A stretch of 64,000 nt of DNA from an uncultured delta proteobacterium (GCA_963778115.1 CAVZSV010000004.1:928001-992000), one strand, 5' to 3'. Shown: positions 47,771 through 58,276, counted from the first letter of the stretch. Program-made: numbers and translations. The notes: generated from the letters alone by a model not told the origin.

Positions 47771-49681
47771 TCAAGCTGGCCTAACACTTGGACGACGCCC
47801 GCTGAGCCAAAAAGAGAGGCTTACGACCAAAATAATAAACTGGGGAACTAAAGACTCATACGTGGGATACAGGCCAAACAGATCGAGCCGCATCGAAATG
47901 GGGAATTCCGTTACTGAAAGGAGTCCCGCCTCTTGAAAAGAATGAATGGCCTTTCCCATCAGGATAAAGGAAAGGATAACCATAATGAACGAAGAGATAT
48001 CAAATAACTGTCGAATGGGAATCCTTGCGCTAAATCGCACGAGTGCCGTCGCTAATACGATGACAAAAAAAAGTGCGCTTAACACCCCTGCTGTCATAGC
48101 GGCGTGATGGCCGTCACCCGATTCAAGAAGAACAGCTCTTAAGAACAAGACCGTCTCAAACGCTTCGCGAAAAACCGCCATAAAAGAAATGCCGGCAAGT
48201 AGCACCAAACTTTTTCCACTCATCACCGTCTCAGCCATTTGATTGAGAAACGCTCTCCATCTGCCGATTTCCGTTTTACGATGGAGCCAAAATCCCATGT
48301 AGAGGACGACGCCGACGGCTAAAAGCGAGATAAATCCTTCTAACGTTTCGCGGTGAGCTCCACTAATTTGCAAGACCCAACCTGAGATAGCCCACGCGCC
48401 AAATCCAAAGCCTACCGCCAAGATCCAGCCAAGATGCACCGAAAGTGCGGCTCGCTTGGAGCCGATCGAACGGATGACACCGAGTAGAGTGATAATGAGC
48501 AAAATGGCCTCGAAAGCTTCGCGAGTCACAATTCCGGCAGAAACGACAAAGGTCATTGCAGGTGAAGTTTCGCTCTTGAGAGAACTATCGACCCGGCCGA
48601 TCGTATCGAGAGCTTTCTGTACTCGCGTCTCTATTTCGGAAAGCTCTTTTCGACCATCAATCGCGGAGCGGACTTGAGTCATCCGCTCTTCGACTTCTAC
48701 AAAGAGGCTCGGATCACTGGCTCGAAGCCTGGGCTCGATGGGTTCGATGCCGTTGAGATAGGCACTCAACGCATTTTTCTTGGCGGAGTCCATCCTTCCC
48801 GCTCGGTATTCTGTAAGAGCATTTTCTAATTCTGATTTGGCGAGGAAAAGAAAATTCTTGGTTTCGTCTCCGCCTCCACTTCTAAGTCGTATCGCGTTCA
48901 ATGCGGCCGTTTTGACCGCTTCATTTCCGGACAATGACGTCTGTAACTCCGCATCCGACTGAGTGGCCACCTGTTGCAAACCAACGGTTGGTCCGGCACT
49001 ACTAGAAGCTACGATCGGAGTCTTGTCGTCGCCTTTGCGGTGGCGAAATGACACGACATAGAAAGCCAACTCCCACACCTGTTGATCCGTGAATTGCGAA
49101 AATGAAGCCATCGCGGTTCCGGGAACACCCAACCGAATGGCATTAAAGGCCTGAAACGGAGAGATATGGTCCATCTTTTCTTCATGAAAGTTGGCGGGTT
49201 TCGGATCTAAAGCTTTTCCGGCGGGTCCATCGCCGTAGCCTTTATCGCCGTGGCAAACGGCACAATTCTGTTGGTATCTAAGCCTGCCCTCTTCAAGGTT
49301 GGGCCACGTCGAAGGAGATAGTTGGATTCCTGAAACCCCAATCACTTTCCACTTAAGATCGCGCGATCGTTTTTCGATTTCGGCTTCCGGCGCTTTTGAA
49401 TTGATCGCCTTTTGCAAAGCCCTCAAATCGTCGCCAATTCCGGCCGTGTTCTTTAGTTCGGGGATAGATTCGTTGAGCTCTACCAAAGTATTTCCGAACT
49501 CCTGCTGCTCTTTGAATTCACTTTCGGAGAGAACCTTCCCGTTTTTGACGGCCCCGGGATAATCGAGTGCGATGTAATCTAAGAGGTGGATCAAAAGACG
49601 AGGAGAGCGTTCGGGGGTATCTAGGGAAAAGACATTCGAAGACAAAAATGTCAGCACCACCAAGAGAAAACGCAGTTTCAT
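47771..49681 (-). CDS. Cytochrome c / FTR1 family iron (lead) permease, PbrT-like
   Basis: 'LLDYIALDYPGAV', heme motif CAVCH, two REAFE (RExxE) motifs in the TM domain. Confidence 0.92.
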   Translation of the reverse strand: MKLRFLLVVLTFLSSNVFSLDTPERSPRLLIHLLDYIALDYPGAVKNGKVLSESEFKEQQEFGNTLVELNESIPELKNTAGIGDDLRALQKAINSKAPEAEIEKRSRDLKWKVIGVSGIQLSPSTWPNLEEGRLRYQQNCAVCHGDKGYGDGPAGKALDPKPANFHEEKMDHISPFQAFNAIRLGVPGTAMASFSQFTDQQVWELAFYVVSFRHRKGDDKTPIVASSSAGPTVGLQQVATQSDAELQTSLSGNEAVKTAALNAIRLRSGGGDETKNFLFLAKSELENALTEYRAGRMDSAKKNALSAYLNGIEPIEPRLRASDPSLFVEVEERMTQVRSAIDGRKELSEIETRVQKALDTIGRVDSSLKSETSPAMTFVVSAGIVTREAFEAILLIITLLGVIRSIGSKRAALSVHLGWILAVGFGFGAWAISGWVLQISGAHRETLEGFISLLAVGVVLYMGFWLHRKTEIGRWRAFLNQMAETVMSGKSLVLLAGISFMAVFREAFETVLFLRAVLLESGDGHHAAMTAGVLSALFFVIVLATALVRFSARIPIRQLFDISSFIMVILSFILMGKAIHSFQEAGLLSVTEFPISMRLDLFGLYPTYESLVPQFIILVVSLSFWLSGRRPSVRPA

Positions 49682-50022
49682 TGAAGTAGATCCTCCACGT
49701 GCTCGATCCCTTCATCGAGCAGACGTTCGATATGATGATCGTCTAAACGGTAAAAGATGGTTCGATGTTCCCGCCTGACGTTGACCAGTTTAAGATTTCT
49801 CAAAGTCCTTAAGTGATGGCTAACCGCGGACGGACTCATCGCCAGAAGTTTCGCGATGTCCCCCACGCATAACTCGCCGTGGGAGAGTACCCAGACCACC
49901 TGAAGCCTTGAAAAGTCTCCTAGAGTCTTAAAGGTCTCAGCCAAGAGTTCAAACAAGCGACGACCATCCCGGTTCGCCGAAAGCCGAATAGCTACTTTTT
50001 CGAAAGTAAGAGACTTCCCCAT
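49678..50022 (-). CDS. ArsR/SmtB metal-sensing repressor with alpha5 site
   Basis: 'ELCVGDIA', 'SAVSHHLR.LR', alpha5-type 'DDHH...EHVE'. Overlaps the permease gene by 4 bp. Confidence 0.92.
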   Translation of the reverse strand: MGKSLTFEKVAIRLSANRDGRRLFELLAETFKTLGDFSRLQVVWVLSHGELCVGDIAKLLAMSPSAVSHHLRTLRNLKLVNVRREHRTIFYRLDDHHIERLLDEGIEHVEDLLQ

Positions 50023-50042
50023 ATATGAGCATATGTTTAAAT
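50023..50042. promoter_or_regulatory. SmtB/CzrA-type operator (imperfect inverted repeat)
   Basis: ATATGAGCAT-ATGTTTAAAT abuts the ArsR start codon and resembles the ATATGAAC..GTTCATAT-type SmtB/CzrA boxes. Confidence 0.65.
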
Positions 50043-50108
50043 GAGAATATTACAGGCCGTCAATCAGAAATAGGGCGGAAACAGAGCAAAAAGTTCTTAA
50101 AAGTGCGC

Positions 50109-50663
50109 CTACCCGCGTTTCTCGGCGATCCAGGGAACATCCTCCACTCCGGCCAATTGATTGGCGAGTCTGGCCAGGATGAACAGAAAGTCCGACAACC
50201 GGTTTAAATAGACCAATACCCAATGGTCCACCGACTCGTCAGGGAGAGAATTCAAATGGACCACACTTCGTTCCGCACGTCGGCAAACGGTACGGGCCAA
50301 ATGTAATATCGCGGAAGCCTTACTACCCCCGGGCAAAATAAAATTTCTCATGGGAGAGAGAGTTTCACTAATCACGTCGATTTGACGCTCTAAGGCGTCG
50401 ATCTGAGCGGAGGTGATGACGGGAAGCTTCGGATCGGGATTGGGAGAGGCTAATTCCGCTCCCAAAATAAAAAGGGCCGATTGGACTTCGGATAATGTTT
50501 TTTTCAGCGGCGCATGCTGCGTCTCGGCACAGGCAAGCCCTATTAGCGCATTGAGTTCGTCAATATCGCCATATGCCGCAATGCGCGGTGAGTCCTTTGA
50601 AACCCGCCCCCCGCCGTAAAGTCCTGTTGTCCCCTTGTCCCCTGTTTTCGTATAGATCTTCAT
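50109..50663 (-). CDS. pduO: ATP:cob(I)alamin adenosyltransferase, PduO type
   Basis: 'KIYTKTGDKGTT', 'YGDIDELN', 'FILPGG', 'RTVCRRAER', 'YLNRLSD'. Confidence 0.93.
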   Translation of the reverse strand: MKIYTKTGDKGTTGLYGGGRVSKDSPRIAAYGDIDELNALIGLACAETQHAPLKKTLSEVQSALFILGAELASPNPDPKLPVITSAQIDALERQIDVISETLSPMRNFILPGGSKASAILHLARTVCRRAERSVVHLNSLPDESVDHWVLVYLNRLSDFLFILARLANQLAGVEDVPWIAEKRG

Positions 50664-50802
50664 CAGATAGGTTTTAGCCTATTTTCCCCCTTTCGCCAAA
50701 GGTCCCGCCGAACGGGCCGATAGTTCAAGAATCTCAATGGAATTCAAAGATATTCCGATACCTAATACGTAGTTCTTTAGCTAAACGCGGAAGGGATGTC
50801 CT

Positions 50803-51009
50803 TTGATTCGGCTCACTAAATTGGACGGAAAATCCATCGTTCTCAATGCGGAATGGATCCAAAGTGTGGAGTCTACACCGGACACTCTGATCACCCTCAC
50901 CAATGGTGAGAAATTGATGGTGAAAGAAAAAGTGGAAAACGTAATTACGGCTTTCAAAGAATATAAACGCGAAGTGACAGTCAGACCGCTAACCGGAGAT
51001 AGGTCATGA
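50803..51009 (+). CDS. flbD: Flagellar FlbD (SwrD) family protein
   Basis: 'MIRLTKLDG..IVLNAEWI.SVESTPDTLITLTNG.KLMVKE'. Directly upstream of motA. Confidence 0.9.
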   Translation: MIRLTKLDGKSIVLNAEWIQSVESTPDTLITLTNGEKLMVKEKVENVITAFKEYKREVTVRPLTGDRS

Positions 51010-51818
51010 TTCTAAGTTGGATCGGAATAGTTTTGGGAGTAGGAGGAATTCTACTCGGACAGGTGCTCGAAGGAGGAGGGAAAATCGAATCCCTTGCCTC
51101 TCTCGTTCAGCCGACCGCAGCACTCATCGTATTTGGAGGAACGCTGGGAGCGACCCTGCTCTCTTCGACCCTTAGTGAGTTCAGCCAAGCCCTTCGCGCC
51201 ATTCCGAAAATATTCCTCAGTAAAGGACATAACTTCGATCCTCTCATCAAAGAGATCGTGACCATGGCTTCCCAGGCTCGCCGCGAGGGAATTCTGGCGC
51301 TCGAACGATCGGTAGGAACCATTAAGAACCCTTTTTTCTCGCACAACCTTCGTCACGTGATCGACGGGTATGACCCTACGGTTTTAAAAGAGATGGTAGA
51401 AGACAGAATTGGAAAAGAAGAAGAAGAAAAAACCGCCGTCGCGAAGGTATTCGAAACCGCGGGAGGGTTTAGTCCTACTGTCGGAATTATCGGAGCCGTG
51501 CTGGGACTGATCCACGTGATGGAAAACTTAAAAGACTCCAGCAAATTGGGAGCTGGAATTGCCGTAGCATTCGTTGCCACCGTTTATGGAGTAGGAGCTG
51601 CAAACCTTGTCCTTTTGCCGATAGCCAACAAGCTCAAGAAATTGGCCAAAGAAGACATTATTGAAATGGAGCTTATCGCATCCGGGCTATTAGGAATTCA
51701 AAACGGCCTTAACCCTCGGGTTATCGAAGACAGGCTGGCCAATATCATCTGCGAATACACTTCTGAAGACGGCGGGGGAAAAGGCGGCGGAGCCGAAGGC
51801 GAGAAAAAAGCGGCATAA
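51006..51818 (+). CDS. motA: Flagellar stator protein MotA
   Basis: 'ALIVFGGT', 'ARREGILALE', 'PTVGIIGAVLGLI', 'AFVATVYG', 'IQNGLNP'. Confidence 0.95.
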   Translation: MILSWIGIVLGVGGILLGQVLEGGGKIESLASLVQPTAALIVFGGTLGATLLSSTLSEFSQALRAIPKIFLSKGHNFDPLIKEIVTMASQARREGILALERSVGTIKNPFFSHNLRHVIDGYDPTVLKEMVEDRIGKEEEEKTAVAKVFETAGGFSPTVGIIGAVLGLIHVMENLKDSSKLGAGIAVAFVATVYGVGAANLVLLPIANKLKKLAKEDIIEMELIASGLLGIQNGLNPRVIEDRLANIICEYTSEDGGGKGGGAEGEKKAA

Positions 51819-51821
51819 ACC

Positions 51822-52592
51822 ATGGCAAGAAAGAAAAAACACGAAGAAGAAGAGAAGCTGGAGCGGTGGCTCGTCTCTTACGCTGACTTCATTACCCTTC
51901 TTTTCGCCTTTTTCACGGTTATGTACGCGCTTTCTCAGGCGGACCAGAATAAATATAAAGAGGCTGCGGAATCGATCCAAAGAGCCTTTCTTTCTTCCGG
52001 AGGAATCTTTCCTTTGAAAGGAAGTCCTTTTACCCCTTTCGACAAGCCACCCGATCAAGGGGCACCGACTCCTCCGTCGCCGCAGGATATGGGTAAGTTT
52101 GCTACCCAGCAGGATGAAAAAGCGGTGAGTAAGATTCGAGAAGACATCCAAGGCCTCTTCGAAAAGTCGACGGGCTTGAATTTGCAAAAAGGCGATATCG
52201 ACGTTTACAAGACAGAATCAGGTTTTAAAATTCGTTTACAAGAAGATGTAGTTTTCTCATCCCATAGCGACAAGATCCGCCGAGCGGATATTCCGTTTCT
52301 ATACGAAATAGGAAAGCGCTTAGCGCGCACCGGAATGCAAGTCCAAGTCGAAGGACATAGCGACGCTTATGAGGGTTCCGATCCGTGGAAACTTTCGATG
52401 GCCCGAGGCTACAATATCGCCCGTTTTTTCATGGAAGCCAGCCAATTTCCGAGAGGTAACATCTCTGTCGGTGGCTTTGGAGATTCTAGACCCCTAGCCA
52501 GTAACGACACGACCGAAGGCCGCAGCCGCAACCGCCGGGTTGAGATCGCCGTTATCACTAACAACCAGCCCATTTCTGAAATGCCTTGGTAA
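51822..52592 (+). CDS. motB: Flagellar stator protein MotB
   Basis: 'ERWLVSYADFITLLFAFF', OmpA-like 'VEGHSD...NRRVEI'. Confidence 0.95.
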   Translation: MARKKKHEEEEKLERWLVSYADFITLLFAFFTVMYALSQADQNKYKEAAESIQRAFLSSGGIFPLKGSPFTPFDKPPDQGAPTPPSPQDMGKFATQQDEKAVSKIREDIQGLFEKSTGLNLQKGDIDVYKTESGFKIRLQEDVVFSSHSDKIRRADIPFLYEIGKRLARTGMQVQVEGHSDAYEGSDPWKLSMARGYNIARFFMEASQFPRGNISVGGFGDSRPLASNDTTEGRSRNRRVEIAVITNNQPISEMPW

Positions 52593-52601
52593 ACAAAACT
52601 A

Positions 52602-52657
52602 ACTAAAGGTATCCGTTACATCCAGTCCGCGGACTGGATGTAACGGATACCTTTAGT
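52602..52657. repeat. Perfect 56-bp palindrome followed by partial direct repeats of its right end
   Basis: ACTAAAGGTATCCGTTACATCCAGTCCG|CGGACTGGATGTAACGGATACCTTTAGT, then GATACCTTTAGTC (52664-76) and CCTTTAGTC (52677-85). Confidence 0.95.
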
Positions 52658-52683
52658 CTAACTGATACCTTTAGTCCCTTTAG

Positions 52684-52959
52684 TCAAAACTCGCCGACTT
52701 TATTAGCCAGCGCCAAGCCGTGGGTTGAGAGTTGGTAATCGGTGAATTGATCAATCCCGTCACTGACTATCTTTTGATCTTCGGGTTCGACCAATTGAAA
52801 ATGAGGGAGTTCGTATTCGTTCACTATGGGATGGCGAAATTCATCTCCGTGGGAACTCTCTTCGGCATGAGCGCTGTCGTTCACGGCAACAACGGAAGCG
52901 GGTGTTGCCACCGCAAGAAACAAGATTGCCGCAAATGAGACTTTTATGAAAATTCGCAC
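52684..52959 (-). CDS. Small hypothetical secreted protein
   Basis: 91 aa, signal-peptide-like N-terminus, G-rich RBS before GTG. Confidence 0.5.
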   Translation of the reverse strand: MRIFIKVSFAAILFLAVATPASVVAVNDSAHAEESSHGDEFRHPIVNEYELPHFQLVEPEDQKIVSDGIDQFTDYQLSTHGLALANKVGEF

Positions 52960-53055
52960 TAGCCCCGCCCCCTAAAGTTTGTCTAATAAGTATATCGGAT
53001 TTAAGGTCTTCGAACCAAGGTACGTAATGGAAAATCCATTACCTCTAGGTTTCAT

Positions 53056-54006
53056 TTGGAGTTTCCAGTGGATGCGCTGCAATACGTCAGCAAATTGACG
53101 CCTGCCCAGATTCATCAGACCCAACAGGACAGTCTGGCACTCTGGGGAGCAGGGCTTACGCTCCCCACGCGAGTCGAGCGATTGTCGGACCTGCTACAAT
53201 TCGCCGGTCCGGACCGTTTTCGCGTTAGCGGCCTGGTCGATAGTCGGGGCTTCGTGCCCTGCTCCCTTAAGCGTCACGACCTTGTCCTTAATGTAGCGGG
53301 AACGCTTAGAAACACGTTAGGAATCGGAGCCGTCTTTACCGCACAGGCCTACCGAAAAAATGGCTTGGCGAGGCAGCTCATTGAGGCAGTTTTAGAAGAG
53401 GCGACCCAAGAGAACTACGAATTGGCCGTTCTGTTCTCCGATATCGATCCTTCTTACTACGCAAAATTAGGATTTATCGAGATTCCCGCATGGCGATATG
53501 AGTTTGAACTATCCACACTGCTCGAACGTCACCCTAGCGATCAAGCGCTCGACTTTCGTTTGGCAACCGCGGCTGATTTGCCAAAACTCTTACAGTGGTA
53601 CGACTCGAGTTGGCCTCATTCCTACACTAGACCTGATAGAGATCCTTTTCGGTGGGAATTTTTTCGTCGTCGGATAGGGTATCCCGCGGACCTGATCTTG
53701 AGTCAGGACTCGCTAGAGATAGGGTATCTCACCCTCTCGCAAGCAAGACCGAACGTGATGTGGATAGACGAAATCGTAGTCGCCCCACAGTTTGTAAACC
53801 GCGCTTGGTCTACTATCAGCCGGTTAGCGATGGAGAAAAGATACTCCGGAGCAGCGGGATTTCTCCCGAAATTTCTGCTCCCTGAGCATATTTCAGAAAG
53901 GACTAGACGGAATAAGGCCGTGCCCATGGTAAAGGAACTTCGGGCCGGCGCTTTGGCCGGCCTCGAAAAAGGACTTGCTCACTTCAACGGCCCTGATCTT
54001 TTTTAA
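53056..54006 (+). CDS. Tandem GNAT acetyltransferase (Eis-like)
   Basis: 'IGAVFT..AYRKNGLARQLI', 'LFSDIDPSYYAKLGF'. Confidence 0.85.
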   Translation: MEFPVDALQYVSKLTPAQIHQTQQDSLALWGAGLTLPTRVERLSDLLQFAGPDRFRVSGLVDSRGFVPCSLKRHDLVLNVAGTLRNTLGIGAVFTAQAYRKNGLARQLIEAVLEEATQENYELAVLFSDIDPSYYAKLGFIEIPAWRYEFELSTLLERHPSDQALDFRLATAADLPKLLQWYDSSWPHSYTRPDRDPFRWEFFRRRIGYPADLILSQDSLEIGYLTLSQARPNVMWIDEIVVAPQFVNRAWSTISRLAMEKRYSGAAGFLPKFLLPEHISERTRRNKAVPMVKELRAGALAGLEKGLAHFNGPDLF

Positions 54007-54828
54007 CTACTTCTTTTGAGGAGCGACAGCATCGTTAGCGGTACCGCGCGAATCCTGGAGCTTACGATCGATAATCTGCGAGAAGGAATCGATTGGATAG
54101 GCTCCTTTGAGTCTAACGCCAGCCACGATGAATCCGGGAGTTCCAGAGAATTCGAACTTCTGAGCTTCCGCGGTGTCAGCGGCAATGCGCGTCTTTACCG
54201 TTTCGGACTCAATGTCCTTCTTGTACTTCGCCATATTGACGCCAAGTTTCTGAGCAATGCCATCGAGAAACTTTTCGCCGCCCGAGTTGAGCTGATCCTG
54301 ATGAGTGAAGACTTCATCATGATACTTAAACGCCTTTTCGGGACTTTGCATGGAGATCGCAACGAACCGTTTAGCTGCCGGCATGGCCATGGGGTGGAAA
54401 GGCAACGGCATGTTCTTGTAGACGAACTTAATTTTATCGCCGTACTTCTGTTCTACCTGAGCCATCGTGTTAAAACCGCGCTGACAGTAGGGACACTGAA
54501 AATCGGAGTACTCCACAATGAGAATCGGGGCGTTCTTGTTGCCTCTCATGGGATGGTAGTCGGCGATTTCTGGAGACTTGGGATTTTTAAACTCCGCCTC
54601 CATATTCTCTTTTTCTTGCTGCATCGCTTTCATCTGCGCCGTCTTTTGAGCTACCTGTTGAATCTCCTGCATCGCTTCCGCGAACTTCTCCGGATTCTTC
54701 TTGATAGCGTCGATGATCCACTCCGGATGCTTTTCTAACGCCGCTTTGATATCGCTGGGTTTCGTGCAACCCACCGTTAGCATCAAAGTGGCGATCGCCA
54801 TGAGAAATAGTTGAGAACACGTTTTCAT
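54007..54828 (-). CDS. DsbA/thioredoxin-fold lipoprotein
   Basis: Lipobox TVGC, 'EYSDFQCPYC', cis-Pro motif 'GTPGF'. Confidence 0.92.
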   Translation of the reverse strand: MKTCSQLFLMAIATLMLTVGCTKPSDIKAALEKHPEWIIDAIKKNPEKFAEAMQEIQQVAQKTAQMKAMQQEKENMEAEFKNPKSPEIADYHPMRGNKNAPILIVEYSDFQCPYCQRGFNTMAQVEQKYGDKIKFVYKNMPLPFHPMAMPAAKRFVAISMQSPEKAFKYHDEVFTHQDQLNSGGEKFLDGIAQKLGVNMAKYKKDIESETVKTRIAADTAEAQKFEFSGTPGFIVAGVRLKGAYPIDSFSQIIDRKLQDSRGTANDAVAPQKK

Positions 54829-54843
54829 TTTCTAGTCCTTCCT

Positions 54844-56073
54844 TTAGTCGTGTTGTCGGCGGAGGAAAGTAGGAATATCGTACTCCTCCGTTTCGAAAAA
54901 TCGTTTTCCAATTTCACGGGCAAGCTGCCGAGCCGATTTGAGATCCGGCTGGAGCGGCTCGCGCTTAGCGGGACTTGCCACTGTCGGACTCATCTCTGTC
55001 TCGATGGCGGCACTCGCGGGGGCCGGGGAACTTACCGTTACCGGAATCTCTTTAGTGACCGTAGAAGTCACCGTAATAGTCTCAGTTACCGTTTCACTTA
55101 CTTCGGCGACAGCCGGAGGATTGAATCCCGTTGCTATAACCGTCACACGAACTTCGTCTTTAAGCGATTCATCGATGACGGATCCGAAAATAATTTCCGC
55201 CTCTTCATGCGCTTCTTCGGTGATCAAAGAGGACGCTTCGTTAACTTCGAACAGAGTCAGATCGGGCCCGCCGGTTATGTTAATAATGATTCCCGTCGCA
55301 CCATTGATCGAAACGTCCTCAAGGAGCGGTGAAGAGATCGCCTTTCTAGCGGCTTCGATAGCCCTGTTTTCACCGGAAGCAACTCCCGTGCCCATCAGTG
55401 CTAGGCCTTTGTTGCACATTACGGTGCGCACATCGGCGAAATCTAGATTGATGAGTCCCCTGATGTTGATGAGATCAGAGATCCCTTTCACTGCTTGATA
55501 CAAAACTTCATCGGCCTTCTTGAAACAATCAAGCATCGTGGTCGTTTCATTAGCGACGTAGAGCAGGCGTTGATTAGGAATGCAAATCAGCGTGTCGACC
55601 GCTTCTTTAAGTTCATTAATCCCTTTATCCGCGTTCTTGCGGCGTTTCTTGCCTTCAAAGTTAAAGGGCTTGGTCACAACGCCCACGGTTAACGCGCCAG
55701 CCTCTTTCGCGATCTTAGCAATGACAGGCGCTCCGCCGGTTCCCGTCCCGCCTCCCATTCCGGCGGTGATGAAAACCATGTCCGCTCCATAAAGCGATTC
55801 GGCGATCCTAGAAGCGTCTTCGAGAGCCGATTTCTTACCGACTTCCGGATTGGCTCCGGCACCCAGGCCCTTAGTCAATTCTGATCCCAATTGGATATGA
55901 TTGGGAGCGGGATTGCTGTTGAGCGCTTGACTGTCCGTATTCGCCGCGACGAAATCAACTCCGGTAAGCCCCAGAGAAATCATGGTTGCCACCGCGTTGG
56001 TGCCACCTCCACCTACGCCGATTACTTTAATACGTGCACCCTGAGCTTGGTCTTTTTCTTCGATTTCAAACAT
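54844..56073 (-). CDS. ftsZ: Cell division protein FtsZ
   Basis: GGGTGTG signature, 'INLDFADV', C-terminal 'DIPTFLR'. AAGGAGG RBS before ATG 56073. Confidence 0.99.
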   Translation of the reverse strand: MFEIEEKDQAQGARIKVIGVGGGGTNAVATMISLGLTGVDFVAANTDSQALNSNPAPNHIQLGSELTKGLGAGANPEVGKKSALEDASRIAESLYGADMVFITAGMGGGTGTGGAPVIAKIAKEAGALTVGVVTKPFNFEGKKRRKNADKGINELKEAVDTLICIPNQRLLYVANETTTMLDCFKKADEVLYQAVKGISDLINIRGLINLDFADVRTVMCNKGLALMGTGVASGENRAIEAARKAISSPLLEDVSINGATGIIINITGGPDLTLFEVNEASSLITEEAHEEAEIIFGSVIDESLKDEVRVTVIATGFNPPAVAEVSETVTETITVTSTVTKEIPVTVSSPAPASAAIETEMSPTVASPAKREPLQPDLKSARQLAREIGKRFFETEEYDIPTFLRRQHD

Positions 56074-56108
56074 GGTGACCTCCTTAGGCTTACCTTTTTT
56101 GCTACTTT

Positions 56109-57353
56109 TCAAAACACATCTCCCAGCCAGTTCCTCATCCGAGAAACGACTTTTAAATAAATGTTGTCTTCACGAACCCTAAAGCGAACTTCACTCGAAT
56201 TCTTTTGTCCGTAGATCAAAAGTCCGACCGCCGTCGCATACATGGGGGAGTTCACAATATCGGTCAATCCCCCTACACCTTGCGGCTGTCCCCGACGGAC
56301 CGGCAATTCCAGTAAAAACTCGGCAAGCTCCTGCATGCCATCAAGCAAGGACGCCCCGCCGGTAATCACCACACCGCCCGAGAGCATGTGCTTGTAGCCG
56401 CTGTTGGTAATTTCTTGATTCACTAGCGCCCAGATCTCTTCAACGCGAGGTTCGATAATTTTCGACAAAACGGATTGAGACACTTCACGGGGTTTACGAC
56501 CACCGGTCGCTGTGACTTCTATCGCTTGATCCGAGGAAAGCAGCGAGGACATGGCACAACCGGAGTGCACTTTTATCGCTTCGGCGTCCTGGATCGAAGT
56601 CCTCAATCCAACCGCAATATCGTTGGTGATGTGGTTTCCCCCCATAGGGATAACGGCGGTATGCACGACACTTCCTCTGACAAAGAGCGCAATATCGGTC
56701 GTTCCTCCACCGATATCGATGAGTGCTACGCCCAAATCTTTTTCGTCGTCGGTAAGGGTTGCTTCGGCGGAAGCGAGTGGCTCCAAAACGATATCGCTGA
56801 CATTGAGGCCAGCTAAATTGGCACACTTGATAATATTTTGAGCGGAAGAGACGGCCCCCGTGACCACGTGCACACGGGATTCCAGACGAACCCCCGACAT
56901 GCCGACGGGGTCTCGAACGCCGTCTTGATCGTTAATGATAAATTCTTGGGGGATAACGTGAATCACTTCTCTGTCCAACGGAATGGCAATGGCTTTGGCG
57001 GCGTCTATGGAACGCTCAACGTCGTGCGTCGTAACCTCTTTATCTTTGATCGCAACGACACCGCTGCTGTTAAAACCTTTGATATGGCCGCCGGCAATTC
57101 CGGCAAAGACATTCGAAATTTTGACACCCGCCATGAGTTCCGCAACTTCGACGGCTTTTTTAATAGCCTCTACCGTGCTCGGGATGTTGACGACAACACC
57201 TTTGCGGATTCCTTGCGAGGGCTGTTTGCCAATACCGACGATTTCTATGCCGTCGGAAGTGGGATGGCCTACGACCACGCAAATCTTCGTAGTGCCAAAG
57301 TCGATACCGACGATAGCGTCGTTTTGTTTCATGCCCTTCTTGAAGCCAGACAT
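56109..57353 (-). CDS. ftsA: Cell division protein FtsA
   Basis: 'GIDFGTTKI', 'DIGGGTTD', 'VITGGASL', C-terminal amphipathic helix. Confidence 0.98.
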   Translation of the reverse strand: MSGFKKGMKQNDAIVGIDFGTTKICVVVGHPTSDGIEIVGIGKQPSQGIRKGVVVNIPSTVEAIKKAVEVAELMAGVKISNVFAGIAGGHIKGFNSSGVVAIKDKEVTTHDVERSIDAAKAIAIPLDREVIHVIPQEFIINDQDGVRDPVGMSGVRLESRVHVVTGAVSSAQNIIKCANLAGLNVSDIVLEPLASAEATLTDDEKDLGVALIDIGGGTTDIALFVRGSVVHTAVIPMGGNHITNDIAVGLRTSIQDAEAIKVHSGCAMSSLLSSDQAIEVTATGGRKPREVSQSVLSKIIEPRVEEIWALVNQEITNSGYKHMLSGGVVITGGASLLDGMQELAEFLLELPVRRGQPQGVGGLTDIVNSPMYATAVGLLIYGQKNSSEVRFRVREDNIYLKVVSRMRNWLGDVF

Positions 57354-57497
57354 AAACTAGCACCCCAAAAAGTAAAAGCCTGAAAGGCTTCCCATCACCG
57401 GTCTCTCTTCGACGGAATCGCTGCTGGGGTCTAACTACCGACTGGGAACTGTAAATATTTAAAATGATGAAAAGTTCAGGAAATGCTTGAAACAACT

Positions 57498-58271
57498 TTA
57501 GTTCGAAAGCGAGGCGCTGACAACAGCTTTCTTCGGGATGGTGAGATTGATGCGGTGAATCGTACCAACTTCCGGGGGTGGATTTTGGACGAGAAGGGCA
57601 AGTCTTGAGATCTGAGCGGTCCAATTTTCGATGTTGAAAAGTATTTCCAGACGAGTGGAAGAGAGAAAAAGACGGACATTAGGATAGGACCGAAGATTTA
57701 CTTCGGAAACGTCCATAGACTTACCCAGCGTGCTTTTCACCGATTGCAAAAGTTCAAAAACTTCTCCAATTTTCCAACGGGAGTCGTCCTCTTGTCCTTC
57801 CCAAGCAATGACCGGCAAATCGTGGCCAAGATTTACGGAGGGTTCGACCCTCTCAATCAGATGTCCTTCTCCGTCCATAAAATAAGTTTTCCCCCGCCAA
57901 AGCGCGATTGCACGAGCAGTTACCGTATCTACGGAAATTAAGATGCGATCGGGGTACTGCTTTTTAACCGAGACCGATTTTACCCAGGGGCGCTTTTCAA
58001 GATTCTTCATCAAAAGCGAAGCATCGACCAACAAGATACTGCTTCCCTCGAGGTGTGGAATCCAATTATGGATACGAGCCGCCGTGAGCGGCCATTGGGC
58101 TTGGATCACCACATCTTTGACGTGAAGCCACTGCATCTTGGAAACAAACCGGTCCACCCCTAGGAGATTATGAAAGTAATAGACGCAAAGAGACAGCGAG
58201 ATAACCCCTAGAAAAAAAACTCTAGCGGGCCGTAAAAAAGGGTTCTTGGATTCGGCTTCTTTCTTTTGCAT
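57498..58271 (-). CDS. ftsQ: Cell division protein FtsQ/DivIB
   Basis: Single TM plus POTRA 'PWVKSVSVKKQYPDRILI'. Upstream of ftsA. Confidence 0.85.
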   Translation of the reverse strand: MQKKEAESKNPFLRPARVFFLGVISLSLCVYYFHNLLGVDRFVSKMQWLHVKDVVIQAQWPLTAARIHNWIPHLEGSSILLVDASLLMKNLEKRPWVKSVSVKKQYPDRILISVDTVTARAIALWRGKTYFMDGEGHLIERVEPSVNLGHDLPVIAWEGQEDDSRWKIGEVFELLQSVKSTLGKSMDVSEVNLRSYPNVRLFLSSTRLEILFNIENWTAQISRLALLVQNPPPEVGTIHRINLTIPKKAVVSASLSN

Positions 58272-58276
58272 AGCTA

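Noticed and set aside
51006..52592. MotA/MotB as the Zorya defence system
   Set aside because: Normal flagellar length and motifs, preceded by flbD, with no ZorA tail or ZorC/D/E genes.
54016..57383. Several long plus-strand ORFs (240, 173, 186 and 181 aa)
   Set aside because: Antisense to dsbA/ftsZ/ftsA, as expected from codon bias.
57354..57497. Possible fluoride riboswitch (GGTGATGG) upstream of ftsA
   Set aside because: The rest of the consensus is absent and the context does not fit.
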